Made by a program: the position numbers and the translations under genes. Below, one piece after another: positions 23,678 through 37,569 of a stretch of 64,000 nt of DNA. Each line of letters begins with the position of its first letter. Positions within the stretch are counted from its first letter, which is position 1. Source of the DNA: the human T2T-CHM13v2.0 reference genome, Homo sapiens; the NCBI RefSeq assembly GCF_009914755.1, contig NC_060932.1. One strand, written 5' to 3'. Below the pieces are notes generated by a model. It was given only the letters and a program-made list of their open reading frames with translations, was not told the DNA's origin and searched no databases.

Positions 23678-24475
23678 TGCTATATTCGATGACAGAGTAT
23701 GGAATTAAACCCTGTTGATGCCTCAGTGTCTTCTAACATCTAGGGAGTAAATGAAAGAATCATTTCTTCCTAGATTGTTTGCTATATATATTATACTAAA
23801 ATATTAAAAAGTCAGTAGTACTTCTATTAATTTATATAACTGATTAACCTATTAGAAATTTCATTTTTATCCTCCTTTGCAATGTCGTTGAGTTCAGGCA
23901 AAATTAGTGAGATTTTTTTCCCAGTCTTGGAGGAAGGGGAGGAAGATTTTGCATTTTTTTTTTACATGCCTAGGATATCAGAGATACTCAAAGAGGAAAT
24001 CAGCTTATCCTCCAAGTATGGATCAGAGGTTAGTTTTTAATAAAAGGCTTCATGACACAGATATTCTGCTGGTAATTTATTCTTTTTTCTTTTTCTGCCC
24101 ACATTCATTATTCCTTTTATCCGTCCTCATCCACTTGTTTTGGAGATTGCCTTCCAGGTTCTCCTCTTCCCCCAGTTAATTAATTGTTGCAGTAGCCACA
24201 GTGATATAGTCCTATTAGTTGAGTAACCAGCAAACTAATTGCATTAGCTACTTGTGGCATTATAATAGTTGAATGATTTATCATCATTCTTTCCACTTTG
24301 ATCTTTAAGTATTTTAGATTTCTAACTTTTGACTTTCTATAATTTTGTTATGTGCTATTCCCAAGTACTTTGTTATTAGCTCTTATCTATATTCTCTTTA
24401 TACTCATTCCCTTAGCAGTTTCCTCCACTACCATGTTTTTGACTGACACCTTATTAGATGAGTCCAAATACTACA

Positions 24476-24846
24476 TGTTTTGGGCAGAATTTATATGTGA
24501 ACTCCTAACCCCCAGAATCTCAGAATGCAATTGTATTTGAAGATAAGGTCCTTAAAAAGGTGATTAAGATAAAATGAGATTCTTAGGATTGGATCCTCAT
24601 CCAATATAAATGGTGTCCTTATAAGAAAATGAAGAAATAGGGTGCATACACACAGAAAAAAGTCCATGAGGCCCAGCAAGAAGGAGGCTATCTAGAGGCC
24701 AAGGAGAAAGGCTTCAGGAAGAAACAAAACCTGCTGACATCCTAATCTTGCACTTCCAGTCTTCAGAACTGTGAAAAAATAAATTTCTGTTGTTTAAGCT
24801 ACCCAGTCTGTGGTATTTTGTTTTAGAAGCTCTGCAAACTAATACA
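24476..24846 (+). mobile_element. MLT1A/B MaLR solo LTR
   Basis: 'tggtgtccttataagaa...cttccagtcttcagaactgtgaaaaaataaatttctgttgtttaagctacccagtctgtggtattttgtt...aaactaataca'. Confidence 0.85.
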
Positions 24847-24974
24847 GTGTTTTATTTCAGGAAATCTTCTGAGTATCTCAAATACCTCCTAGTGCAATTC
24901 CAGATAATTTCTATATTTTTGGTATTGGTTTTATCATTATCTTCTCCCCAGTTGAGTTTGAACTTTCTGAGCAA

Positions 24975-25305
24975 GTCTTCTGATACCAACTGATATACTG
25001 TAATACAATTCTAATATTAATCACCTGGAGTCAGCACCAGACCCACAGGTTAAAGGTCATGGACCCTCAACAAGGCTGTCCTTACTGCAAACACCAGCCA
25101 CACTTCAGGGCCCACATACCACCCACATGTCTTTCCAACTGGCTGCAAATTAAGAGGTTCCCATGACTTTATCAGGTTGATAACTAACTAAAATGACTGA
25201 GACAACATAGGAAAATGCTACACTTAACAGCTACAATTTTATTATGAATGACATGAATCAAAATTGCCAAATGAAGAGACACATATCCAAAGAGTTTGGG
25301 AAAAG
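24975..25305 (-). mobile_element. MER21-like LTR fragment
   Basis: 'cacctggagtcagcaccagacccacaggttaaagg...ggttcccatgac...ccaaatgaagagacacat'. Confidence 0.65.
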
Positions 25306-25344
25306 TGTCTATTGTTCATGGTTAGGCTCCAGGAAGAATAGACA

Positions 25345-25771
25345 GACATGGAGAAATGTGATCAGACAAAAAGGGAATAATCTAATAGTAATAAACTGAG
25401 GGGAGAAACTCACCAAAGGCTGTCTGTTCAGATTCATCTTGGCTTCTCTGTGTAGCATTTCTTCCTCCCGGGTACAGGACAGGACCCTTCCTGGAATGAG
25501 GGAAGGTAGGTCAAAAAATGTCTTGATGGCCAGATCTTACACAGAAAGGCAGGGGAAAGTTACAGACGTATTTTTTAGGTTGAGAAAGAGGAATTCTAGT
25601 CTCTATGGCTTGCTTTGTGAGGAAACGAGGGGTGGGAGATAGGCAGGCAGGAACAGGTCAGAGAGATACTGCTTCTGAGACTGCTTTTCAGGCCTTCCAA
25701 TCTCCTTTAGTTCAAAGTACCCAGCATGCCAAAGTGCCAGACTTTGGGGTATTGTTTTCTGAGCCTCAGTA
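25345..25771 (-). mobile_element. MER4-group LTR fragment (LTR48-like)
   Basis: Reverse 'gaggctcagaaaacaataccccaaagtctggcactttggcatgctgggtactttgaactaaaggagattggaaggcc'. Confidence 0.6.
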
Positions 25772-26129
25772 AGTGCCAGGCTCTTGCAGTGTGTCCTGAG
25801 TTTCTCATGGCACTTAGCACAGTCCTCACACTTACTGGATGGTGGTTGTTAGATTAAGTCATCTGTAATCGAAAACTGGTAGAAGATTTTTTATGTGAAA
25901 CATATTAATTTAAACATTAGAACTAAAAAAACCCAAGGATATCTTATTTTCTTAGGGTAATGTTTCTTTTTTTTTCTTTTCTTTGATAGTAGAGATAAGA
26001 AGTCACATATTTTCCTGTGAATCCTTTCTTTTAAATACATTACATACCCCTGAGCTATTTACTTTTTAAAAATCTGTTAGATACATGGCTTTATTTCTAA
26101 TTTTCAAAATAATTATGCAATTTGGAGTG

Positions 26130-26280
26130 TAGTATGCATTCTTACAGATGAAAAAATAAGATTTTCAGACGTTAAGTAAACTTTCCCAGGTTGCTCAATA
26201 AGTGAGTGACAGTGCCAGATCTCAAATGCAGGTCCATCTGACCCCAAAACCTGTCCCATTTCCAACACTCATTATATTGC
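26130..26280 (-). mobile_element. MIR fragment
   Basis: 'cattcttacagatgaaaaaataag...gttaagtaaactttcccagg'. Confidence 0.65.
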
Positions 26281-29200
26281 CTCTTGGCGAAATTCCTACA
26301 TACTTCTGTATAACACATGTAAAGGAAATAGCCTTTAGGCTAAAGGCTCAGTTAAACCTCTAAAAACAAACCAGTAAGGGGAGTGAGTGACAAAATAAAA
26401 ACAGCAATGTGGTAATGCTTCCCAGGGCTCGCAGTGATATTGTGTAGACATGGAGTGATTAAATACCTGAATCCTATAAGAAAGGCTGAATTCACTCAGG
26501 GAACACAGAACTAATGTCTTGGGCATAGTCTTGGCTGAAGGCCAAGTCGCATTTACTTTCACACAATGGATATATTGATTGAAAACCATCTCTGAGTTGG
26601 AAGCACTGAGTTTAGTTACAAATGTGTAGGAGGGAGGCTTGCTGTCTTACGATGATGATTATGATTGGGGTAAATAGCATTAGTATTGGTAACATTTCAA
26701 GCAAGGAGGCTGAGGTTTGTCAATGCTATGAAAGTTAATGCAACTATGTCTATCTCTCTGATGATAGGTATGTTGAGTCTATCTACTGACATCTAACATT
26801 CTTTTTGAGCAGTGTTAGAGAAGCAGTACGATATAGCATGTGTACTTCACAATAAAGGTCAGTTGTAAATCTTATTTACGGTTATACATGTATGAATGAA
26901 CAATAGAGAAATGACTTAAAGATGCAGTTTGTGATTGGCACACTCAAAATGTGTGGAAGATAACGCTTGTCAATGGACTTTGTGTACTCTAGGGGGCAGT
27001 ATAAGGTAGACGCAACTGATTAAGGGCATATAAAAAAGTCAATGTGAAGACTGCCCATATGTGACTTCCTAAACAACTAAGACCGAACTTCTTCTGAGAT
27101 AGCAACAGTCACCCTGTAGACAAGTAGGCTTTTCCTGACACAGCAAATAAAACTCAGATCCAATTCTAGTAGTCCGAATTCCTCTAAGTAACCCCAGTGG
27201 TATTTTCTCCTGGGGTTACACGAGATGTAAAGAGGTTCTCAGGCAAAAGACAAACACATTGGAAACTGCCTCTTCTACTTAACTCAAAATGAAAAGTTTG
27301 CATAGTTAGACAAGTAGTACAGTCTGTACCTCTTGACTGTATGTCAAGCTGTCCTGAGAATGTATATTCAACTAATTCTTTCTAGTGAGCAAACAGCAGT
27401 GTGTTTACATAAGGCACCATGCAGGTGAAGCTAAGACAAAGCATTTTTATTTCACTTCACAAATATTATCTTTGTCTTGCAATATTTTATTGCAACATTA
27501 TTACATGCAAAATAGTACTATAGTGATGTGATTTAAATTTATGTACTTAAAATATTCGGTAACAAACTTGAGTTATACTACTCTTGTGCCATTGGATTTA
27601 TTCTTTTCTATGCTGTATATGCCTTTGTCCTATCTAAATTTCTTCTTAAAATTGCTAGCTAACTCTCAGTTGACTATAGGAAAAAATCTTTGCTTTTAAA
27701 ATTATAATTATTTTTAGAGAGACATAAAAATCTTATTGGATTTCCAATGTTAAGAATGTGATGTGTAGGTAGTTCTACCATTGGAATATATACCCACAAC
27801 AGAAACACAAATTATTTAAAGAAGTTTGTAGTATAAATAAAACTGACTTTTCACTTTATAGCCAAGTTAATTTATTAATTTAAAAGCTGATAAACCAGAT
27901 AATTAAAGTTTGTCTTCTTAATGTCAGAAAGGCAAAGACTACAAGAACCATGGAAATCATATAATCAAGTATTATATTGGCAATGCTGAGAAGAAAGGAA
28001 AGAAAGAACTGAAAGGCTGTGGAATATGTTAATTTCTTGTGTCTTCATATTAAGAGTTAGTTGATACTATTCATAGACATAGAAAATTAAATATGTTATA
28101 ATAAGTTCTAGTTATATTAATAGAAGTAACTGCTAACATTTCTAAAAGCAGAAGGCAAACCTCCTGAATAATAACAAAGGTCATCGTACAAATTCACAAA
28201 GCATAAATAAGGAACACATCTAAAACAAAGTGACTAAAAAGAGTGGAAAATTGTTTTTAAAAGGAAAAAACATTTCAAGAATTGAAGAGGAAAGAAACTA
28301 GTAGTCATAACATTTAATATTAGATAAGTAGAATTCAGAGTAAAAAGACTGAACAAAACAAGTAGGATTTTTTTTATAATAATAATGGGCACAATTTATG
28401 CAGATCGTCCAAATTTCATTAGTATCTAAGATATAAATTATCTAAAATATAAATATGTAAAACAGAGAGAGAGAGACACAGATAGGGAGGTGGAGGCAGA
28501 GAGACAGATAAATAGACTGAACATATGAAGAGCAGAAGACTTTTGCTTCTTAATTTTGACAAGTCAAGTGAAGAACGAATGAAGATAGAGAAGACCTAAG
28601 TAATATGTTAGATTTTAAAATTAAATATAATTACATATAATATATATCATTTTATAATTTAGAATGTACCTTCTTCTCAAATTTTCAAGGACTATTAACA
28701 CATATCAAACAAATATTAGGCCACCAAGGAGATCTCAGTAAATTCTAAAGATTTATGGCACTGTAAATATAATCTGATAATAATTCAAATATCTGCATAC
28801 TAATAAAAAAGCAAGAAAAAACCTCTAATAAATAAAGAACTCATAACAAAGATATAAAGAAGATAGAAATGGCATAAAAATAAATCAGAGCTGTGGCTGC
28901 ACTGTAAGCAGTGTTGAGAGAAAAGCCCTAAGTAATTATATTAACAAATAAGATTAAAAATTAACAGATCATGCATACAACTAAAAACATTTGAAACAAG
29001 ATGAAAAATAAAAACAAGAGAAAATAAGTTAAAAAAGTAAAAACAGACATTAATAAATAAGAAAACTGAAAAATGGTAGAACTAATACAACTAAGAGTCA
29101 TCTTTTTGAAAAATAATTATCCATATAGTAAAAAAATTATTAGCAAATATAATTATGAAAAGGGGGAAATATAAAAGTAAAAAATGAGAATGGGAAAATA

Positions 29201-29612
29201 GCCACAGACACAGAAGAATAAAAGGAATTATGAATGAAAACTTTGCTCAACTCAAAAAAATAAATTTGAAAATCATAAAATAGATGATTTTCTAGGAAAA
29301 AGTAACAAATTGAAACTGACACAAAAGGACCAATTTCCAAACAGGAAATAATGTTACAAGGTACCCACTTGCCTCCCCTAAGGCATTAGAACCAGAGAGT
29401 TAGCTCAGAAACTTACATAAAACTTTTAAAGAACAGAAAAAAGACAGCCTTATAAACTGTTGTAGAACATGGACAAAAAAAGACAATTTCTGGTTCTTCT
29501 TTTTGAAACCAGTGCAATGTTGATCCCCAAATTTTTAAAAAGTAGCACATGGGAAATATTTGTCAATATTAAGTTAAAATTTTAAAATATAAGCAAAGAG
29601 AATAGCACCTGA

Positions 29613-29954
<342 letters not shown>

Positions 29955-30597
29955 TCAATATTAAAAAATCTATTAATATCATGATCTCCAAAGATACTGA
30001 AAGGCATTTTTTCCATTAAAAAATGTATATATATTTTTAAATGTCTCTAAGTAAAATAGGAATAGAAGCAAACTAATATGACAAAATATATGCTTTACAT
30101 ATAACTACTTTAAAATAATGAAATATATACTTTAACTCAACCCGAAGACATTGGAAGCCTTTCCATGATAACCAAAAATCAAATAAGAATTTCATTATCA
30201 TTACTATTATGTAACGTTGTTTTGGAAATAGTAAGTGATATATCTGACAAGAGAGAAAAGGAGGAAAAACCCAAGAGAAAGTAAGAAATATCACTGCCAA
30301 TAATATGACGCAATACCTAGAAAACATCAAATCTTAAACCTTATTAAAATCGGTGAATTCAATAAGGTTTTTGAACTTGATTGAATTAAAATTAACATAT
30401 ATAAATCAAGTTTTTTTTATGTCTTAATAACATCCAGTAGCAAAGACAATGGAAGAAAAATCTCATTCTTAATAGCAACTTAGTGTATAAATTATCTGGA
30501 AATATGCTGAAGAAGAAATAAGCAATATCTACATCATTTTTAAACCTTTCCAAATCCTTTAAATGTACCCAATTTACACAAAAGAAGATTAAATGTA

Positions 30598-31095
30598 TAA
30601 CGCATGTTGTCACTTATATGTGGGAGCTAAGAAAGTGTATCTCATGAAGACAGAGTAGATTGGTGGTTACCAGGTTATTAGTCCATTTTCATGCTGCTGA
30701 TAAAGACATACCTGAGACTGAGAAGAAAAAGAGGTTTAATTGGACTTACAGTTCCACTTGGCTGGGGAGGTCTCAAAATCATGGTGGGAGGTGAAAGGTT
30801 TTCTTACATAGCAGAGGCAAGAGAAAATGAGGAAGAAGCAAAAGCAGAAACCCCTGATAAACCCATCAGATGTTGTGAGACTTACTCACTATCACGAGAA
30901 TAGCACAGGGAAGACCAGCCCCCATGATTCAATTACCTCCCCCTGGGTGCCTCCCATAACATGTGGGAATTCCGGGAGATACAATTCAAGTTGATATTTG
31001 AATGGGGACACAACCAAACCATATCACCAGGGTAGGGGGAGAAGATTGATTCATGAGTATAAAAATATAGTTTGATAAATATAGAGTGAAGCATA
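30598..31095 (+). mobile_element. L1MA-type 3'UTR fragment split by THE1A
   Basis: 'gcatgttgtcacttatatgtgggagctaa...ggtggttaccagg' resumes as 'gtagggggagaagattg...tataaaaatatagtt'. Confidence 0.65.
30675..31026 (-). mobile_element. THE1A MaLR solo LTR
   Basis: 'gagaaaatgaggaagaagcaaaagcagaaacccctgataaacccatcag' is THE1A-type; ends ccatatca; perfect 5-bp TSD CCAGG. Confidence 0.9.
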
Positions 31096-34000
31096 CCCTG
31101 TTTTAAAACAGTAAAAATCAAAATTACAAAGAAGTAGATTTTCTCTAAATCTATCTATAAATATCAATAAAAATAAAAGCCGCTATATCAATAAGAATGA
31201 AGGGTGTTATATATTTGTAGTGTGTGTTTTAAACCCTCCAAGGTGGTGCTAAAGATCATGTAGAAAAATATACATATAAAAGTGGCATAGAAGTTTTTGA
31301 GTTGAATGCTCAGATATTAAAACATATTATAAATTTACAGTAACTTAATAGTGGGTAGAATTACATGATAGATATACAGAATAGCACAGCATAATAGAAA
31401 ACCCAGAAATAGACTCAGAGATATACAAGGACTTACCATTTGGTAAAGCTGGCACTGCATATCCGTAGATGAGAGTTGTATTTTTAAATTTATGGTAAAT
31501 ATTTAGGAAAAAAAGACAATTTCCTATCTTAACTCTTACACAAACATAAATTCCATGAGGAGAAAACATTTGAACATACCAACATTAGAGGCGATATTAT
31601 ATATGTAAGTCTATATGCATTATATATACACATATACATACACCCTTACATAGGCATAGGCACTATATGCACATTTATGCACGAGTGAGTGTGTGTGTTT
31701 GTGTATGTGTGGGAAGACCTCTTAAAATATGACTTAAAAAACAGAAACCATGAGATCAATAAATTTGGTCCTAAACTGAAAAAGAAACCAAAAGATAACT
31801 ACATTAAAAAATGACAATCCAAGGGACTAATTCAGAAAAAAAATCTGATATACATTTAACAATCAAATGATACTTTTCATTATAAAAATGCTCTATAAAT
31901 CAATATGCAAATAAGTAACAATTTGATCAAGAAAAATAATAAAGAACGGGAAGATAGTAGAGAGGTAAGGAGGAGAAATTCACTACTTGTTAAGTAGTAA
32001 ATTATATAGCGTATGGTGATATGACTATTAAGTAATATACGGTACTGTGAGTAAAAGGAAAAGCTTGTTGAGTGGAATTGACAAAGGAGGATGCCAAAGG
32101 GAAGTCACTGACAATTAATGACCCAAAGATATTGATTGCAACCATGTGTCAAAAATGTTGGCATAGTTCAGAAGTCCCTAATATGTATTATATGTACAAA
32201 TACATACAATAGGATATTATATAGCTTTAAGAACTTGTAATTACTGATATATTTGGACTTACTTATACCAGTTTTTTTTCCACAGTTGCCCCTTGCTTCT
32301 TTTTTCCCCTTCTTCATTTCTCTATTGGGTTATTCTAGATTTATTGTTATTATTATTACTTCTCCCCTCCTCCATGAGTTTGGAAGTTATCCATTCTATT
32401 TCTGTCCTTTGAAGCTTTTCTTAAAATCTCAGTTGGTCTAGAATTATCTCTACACTTTTCCCAACATACAAGTATTTTAGTACACATGACAGCAATCATT
32501 ACAGCTTCCTCATCTTCCTTTTCAACTCTCAATGTTCTAAAGATAGTTATGGTATAAATTAAACTGTTCTTATGGCCAGACCTTGGGGCATTAATTCTCT
32601 TGTAGCACATTTTCATTTGACCTCATGTTTTCTTCTGTGGTTGTGAATTTAGGTTGGGAACTAACCTCCTGCAGGAGTTGCTTGTGTCCCTTGGATTCTG
32701 ACTGTGTTATCATAAGGCAGTTTTGCTTTTGATTCTACTAGGGCCTCCGGGTTTCACTTGTCTCAGGCAAGTCTCAGGTGGATGGCAAGATTCCTTTGCT
32801 GCTGTCCTGAGCTGATGTATGGATTTTTTCTAATTCCTCTTAAATAAAACCAAGGAAATCTTCTGAGGCCCCACCTCTATGCAGAGTTTCCTGCAAAAGT
32901 TTCCTTCCTAAGATTGGTCTGTCAGCCTTAATAAAACTCTAACCCCAAACCATAAAGTGTATCTCCTTCCAATATTACTCCAGTCTACATCAGAATAACA
33001 CACATATATACACACATGCACACATACACTCAGTACACACACACACACATATATCAACATGGACTTTGGATATTAGTCCTTTGTCTATGATATTTAACAA
33101 CTTCAATGTGATGATATTTTGTCAAAAATTATTTTTTAAACAGTTATATATCAGTTGCTCTAGCATTTTTTCTTGACGTTGGGGTTTAAATTTTCTTATT
33201 GGTTGCATATGTCGTCTCTCCCTGTTGATGGTACATTTTCTTCTATGGCTAATAATTTTTTTAACTGTGAGTTTAACTTTGGTGGAGTTTACTTATTGTA
33301 GAACTCCCATAACTCTGAGATATTAAAGCAGTCCTCTATCCTTTTTTTTAAGTTTTGCATTTACTTCTTGGGCCCTAAGATCCAAACCAGTTGTGTTATT
33401 TTCTCTATCTGTTATAGGCTCCCATACCACGAAGGTAGTATAAATTCACATTGCACTCCTGCATGTGTTATTGACCTGGGTTTTTAATTTCTCTTTGTGC
33501 TTCTTTCTGCTCTCTGCAATCCCCTAAAATATCCGGTTCTTTAGACAGGAAGCAGAATTTTCCAGCTCCAGCATTATGGAAAGTGTGTTCCCCGAGGCCT
33601 GCCGGCTTGATTCAGGTCTCTCTGTGATTTATCCTATCCCTCTTCACACAACCATGAGACCTCTTCTATCTCAGCTTAGGCCATAAAACTCTGCTCTTCT
33701 GAGGACTTTATCCAGATCCCATTCCTCTGCAGCTTTAGCTTTAGGTTTGCAAACACTCTTTATTTGTATATTAATGAGATTTTTCTTTTCTTTTTAAAAA
33801 TTGACAATGTATTTAAAATTACTTTCTTATTATATTTTATCCAACATTTCTATGAGTGTGGAGGGGATGCTAAACTATGTGTTCCTAACTTCCACAGTGC
33901 CTGGAAATAAATCAAGAGGTGAAGCTCCTCTGAGATCTGGAAATGGTAGCACCACCAATTTTCCTTAAGACAGAAGTTTGAGTATGTTTTTCTGAAATCT

Positions 34001-34424
34001 AATTTGTAATGATAAAAGCCAGAAAAAAAAGGAAAAAAAGAGCCAAGAAATAAATATCTTACAAACTGAGGCAGCCAATGAATGTTTTTCTAGATTATAG
34101 AGCAAGGGACAATAGAAAACCCATACTCTGCATCGTTTGTGAATACAGACTAGGAACACGTGTTTTGCTTCTGCTATGTGCCAGGCCCTGTATTAACCTC
34201 ATTAGGCACAGAATATTTAAGTAAGTTCTTCAATATCATATACCTGATAAGTATTTGTGCTGAGATTCAATACCAGGCATATTTAAGTTGCATCTTTTCC
34301 ATTGTAATGTTAATTCTCAACCCTGGGAGCCACAGATATGTTCTGGAACTCCAAAAACATGTAAGTTATAAATACCAACTACAATAACAACTCACAATCG
34401 AAAGCTGTTTCCATTGAATATCTT

Positions 34425-34563
34425 TTTATTAATTTCATTTAATTTATTGAAACAGAGTCTCACAATGTTGCCCAGGCTGGTCTTGAACTCTAGGGCTCAA
34501 GCAATCCTCCCACCTCTGCCTCCCAAAGTGTTGAGATTACAGGCTTGAACCACCACTCCCTGA
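34425..34563 (-). mobile_element. FLAM_C/AluJ monomer
   Basis: 'gttgcccaggctggtcttgaactctagggctcaagcaatcctcccacctctgcctcccaaagtg'. Confidence 0.8.
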
Positions 34564-35611
34564 TGGATATGTCTTTTTGTAAGTCACTGTTTTGTGACTG
34601 GGGTCTGAGAAGTGCTGATGGGAGAAGAAAGTGTCCTAAAACACCATCAGGGATCAGAAAGAATTATATTTTCCCTTAAAATAAGCCTGGACTTGATTCA
34701 AGTTTTAGAAACACCCCACTGTTTCTCCTACTTGCTTCCTTTCAGGAAAGGTCGGTTCGACAAGATTTTATGGGCTTTTTGTTTTGTTTTTCTTTAGAAC
34801 TGTTTTTTACTGCAATTTCATGGCTACTGTGGGTTGAAAATGGGTTTTCTCACAACGTCTTTGGGGTGGGGAGGGAGATCAGTTTCCCTGGCTGTGACTG
34901 GCTGGCCTATTTACAGGAAGTCTCAGGAAGGTCCTGAGCTGGGGAAAACAGTCCAACATTGATGTGGGAACCAGGGAGGACCAGACAGGCAGAGCCTTTC
35001 CTGCCTGGGCCACTTCCTCAGAGCCAGATGTTCTTGCTTTGCAAAAAGTTCAAGCCTTTCACGGCCCTCTGTTGCTCCCTAAGATCCAGCATATAAATTT
35101 TTCGAGACCCATAAACAGGGCCAAGTTTGTCAATACTTAAGTATTTAATCTTATCTTGCATCTACACTAAATTTTTCCCTTTGCAGTCTTTCTTTCTGTG
35201 TCTGGTTTCCTTTTCATGTTGTTGCCATAATTGCAATAGCTTGTCCTTCCCTCCTCACCCCCACCTGCTGCTGCTGCTGCCGCTTCTTCTTCTTTTTTTT
35301 TTTTTTTTTTTTGGTACCGTAAAGATAATGGTAAGATTGGGGGAGATGTTTAAGAAGAAATAAGAAAGATAACTGAGGGGGTGGACTTATTTATGTGAGA
35401 AAATGGAGACTGAAGGAGTCCTGTCATTTAATACTCCCCCATAGCTCTCTACTCTCGGGGGAGATTTAAGAAATTAAAAAACACACATACAATTTTATTG
35501 TATTTTTTAGACAGAGATTAAATGTCTATGATTTTCAGCCACGCTTCTAACTTGTGTTTGTAATCCTTTTGTTTCTTTCTCCATTAAGTGTTTTTTTTAA
35601 AACACAGCTTT

Positions 35612-35657
35612 ACTAATATATGCAAGAAATGGGCCACTAATATATGCAAGAAATGGT
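35612..35657. repeat. 24-bp-period tandem duplication
   Basis: actaatatatgcaagaaatgg x2. Confidence 0.85.
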
Positions 35658-35929
35658 ATTCATTTATGCATACCAGTAAGTTTATGATAATGAGAATTTC
35701 TGTGGACACACATAGATTTGAAGATCACTTGGTCCACAATTTTAGTCTATGGGCCAGCCGTGAACTCTGCAGCCTCCCTAACTCTTTTGAAGAATAGAGA
35801 ATCCATATCATAGACTCATTCAAAAGATAACCAAACTGGCTCTGTCACATAAAACTTATACTTTATAAAACATCAAAATATTATTATCTTTAATTACCAC
35901 AAGGATTATGTCATGTACACTTTCATCTG

Positions 35930-36070
35930 TCACATAGAGCCTCATGTAAGAAGAGGAAACTGAAACTTTGAGAGATATTTGCCCTAGATTGTTATCTAAG
36001 TAAGGAGCAATACTGAAACACAAATTCAGGTCTTCTACCTCCAAATTTAAGCTCAACTTTTGACTGCAAA
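35930..36070 (-). mobile_element. MIR fragment
   Basis: 'agaggaaactgaaactttgagagatatttgcccta...aaattcaggtcttctacctccaa'. Confidence 0.6.
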
Positions 36071-36941
36071 GACAACAAAGAATGCTGAATTTACTCCTTT
36101 CTAGAAATCTATGCTGCTGAATCCAGATAGGTGGTATGTACCCTGCGCAAAAGCTCCCAACTAGGGAGATGAGTTAGGCTGAAAGGCACTGCATCCTCCC
36201 CTTTCTAAGCTTTGTGCCAGAGGATTGTTTCAACAGGAGACAAAGATGACTATTTCGTCTCAAAATGCACCCAGCCACAATCCCAGAGGCTGCTTTTTCC
36301 CAGAGGGGGTGCGTTTTTTCTCATCAAAAGGACTGAACAGATTAGCAGAATTCCTGCTCTCCATAGAAAAGTCCCACATGAGTAGGAACTTTGAGGGTCA
36401 GTGTGGCAATTTCAGTCTACGAAATAACCATTCTACAAGCTGGACTCAATAGAACAAATTCAGTGGATTTCACAATTTTGTTTCAAGTACAGGTATTTCC
36501 TAATACCTCTTGAGGGTGGGGCTGCTTCCAGACAAAGGATCCCAGAAAGTGACATTCCTACCACCCCATTTTGCCCTTCTCTTTTCTTTCCCAGATGTTG
36601 CCACTGAGTTTTGGTGGTAATGTGCAATACAGCAATAGTTAACTAAATATAGTGGATAAATAGGGAATATTTGGAGAAAGAGTTTTTCTGACATCCTATC
36701 ATTTAGAAAGGTGCTACCTGGGGAATAACGAAATTCTCATTTCAAATTAGCAACTTTCAGGTAGTTCTTCTGAGGCATATTTGAGATTGGAACTTCAATT
36801 AAGGCATATTCTCAGTAATGATCTCCTGTTCATAATCAATATTTGTTGAAATATGAAGACTCTTACTTCAGAACTGCATGTGAGGGTTCAGATTATTGCT
36901 CATGGAAGGAAGACAACTTTGTAGAAAAAGCAAAGAACTCG

Positions 36942-37085
36942 GGCTGGGCGTCGTTTCTCATGCCTGTAATCCTAGCCCTTTTGGGAGGCTGAGGATGGAG
37001 GATTGCTTGACCCCAGGAGTTTGAAACCAACCTAGGCAACACAGTGAGACCTGGTCTTTTTTAAAAAGAAAAAAAAAAAAAAAAG
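36942..37085 (+). mobile_element. FLAM_C-like Alu monomer
   Basis: 'ggctgggcgtcgtttctcatgcctgtaatcc...ggattgcttgaccccaggagtttg'; A-tail; TSD aaagaact. Confidence 0.8.
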
Positions 37086-37237
37086 AACTAATCATGTGTT
37101 CATGTGAAAATCACATAACCTTTAGACTCTTCAGTTTTTCTATCTACAAACTGGTGGCAATCAGACGAAAATATCGCTATTCTCTAATCTTCTGGCTGTA
37201 AATTCTATGGATGAATCTTAGCTGCTTCTAGAGTTAC

Positions 37238-37362
37238 AAAAAAAAAAAAAAGAAAGAAAAAACGAAAGAAGAAAGAAAGCATGAAAGCAAGAAAGAAAAG
37301 GAAGAAAGGAAGGAAGGAAGGAGAGAAAGAGAGAAAGAAAAAAAGAAAGAAAATGAAAAAAA
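37238..37362. repeat. A/(GAAA)/(GGAA) purine-rich low-complexity tract
   Basis: About 125 bp that is almost entirely A/G. Confidence 0.9.
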
Positions 37363-37569
37363 TGGCTCTACACCAAAACCTGATTTTCTGTTCAGCATTA
37401 CTCTATGGACCATTTATTCCATTTGGGAATGCTGAGGATCCCTGACATTACCGATACACATATCAAAATTTGTAAACTGAATAAATAGTATTTGAGATAT
37501 TCTCAAAACTATATTATTCTAGAAGGGATTTACTTTGAATAAGACTAGAAGAAAAAAAACCACACACAC

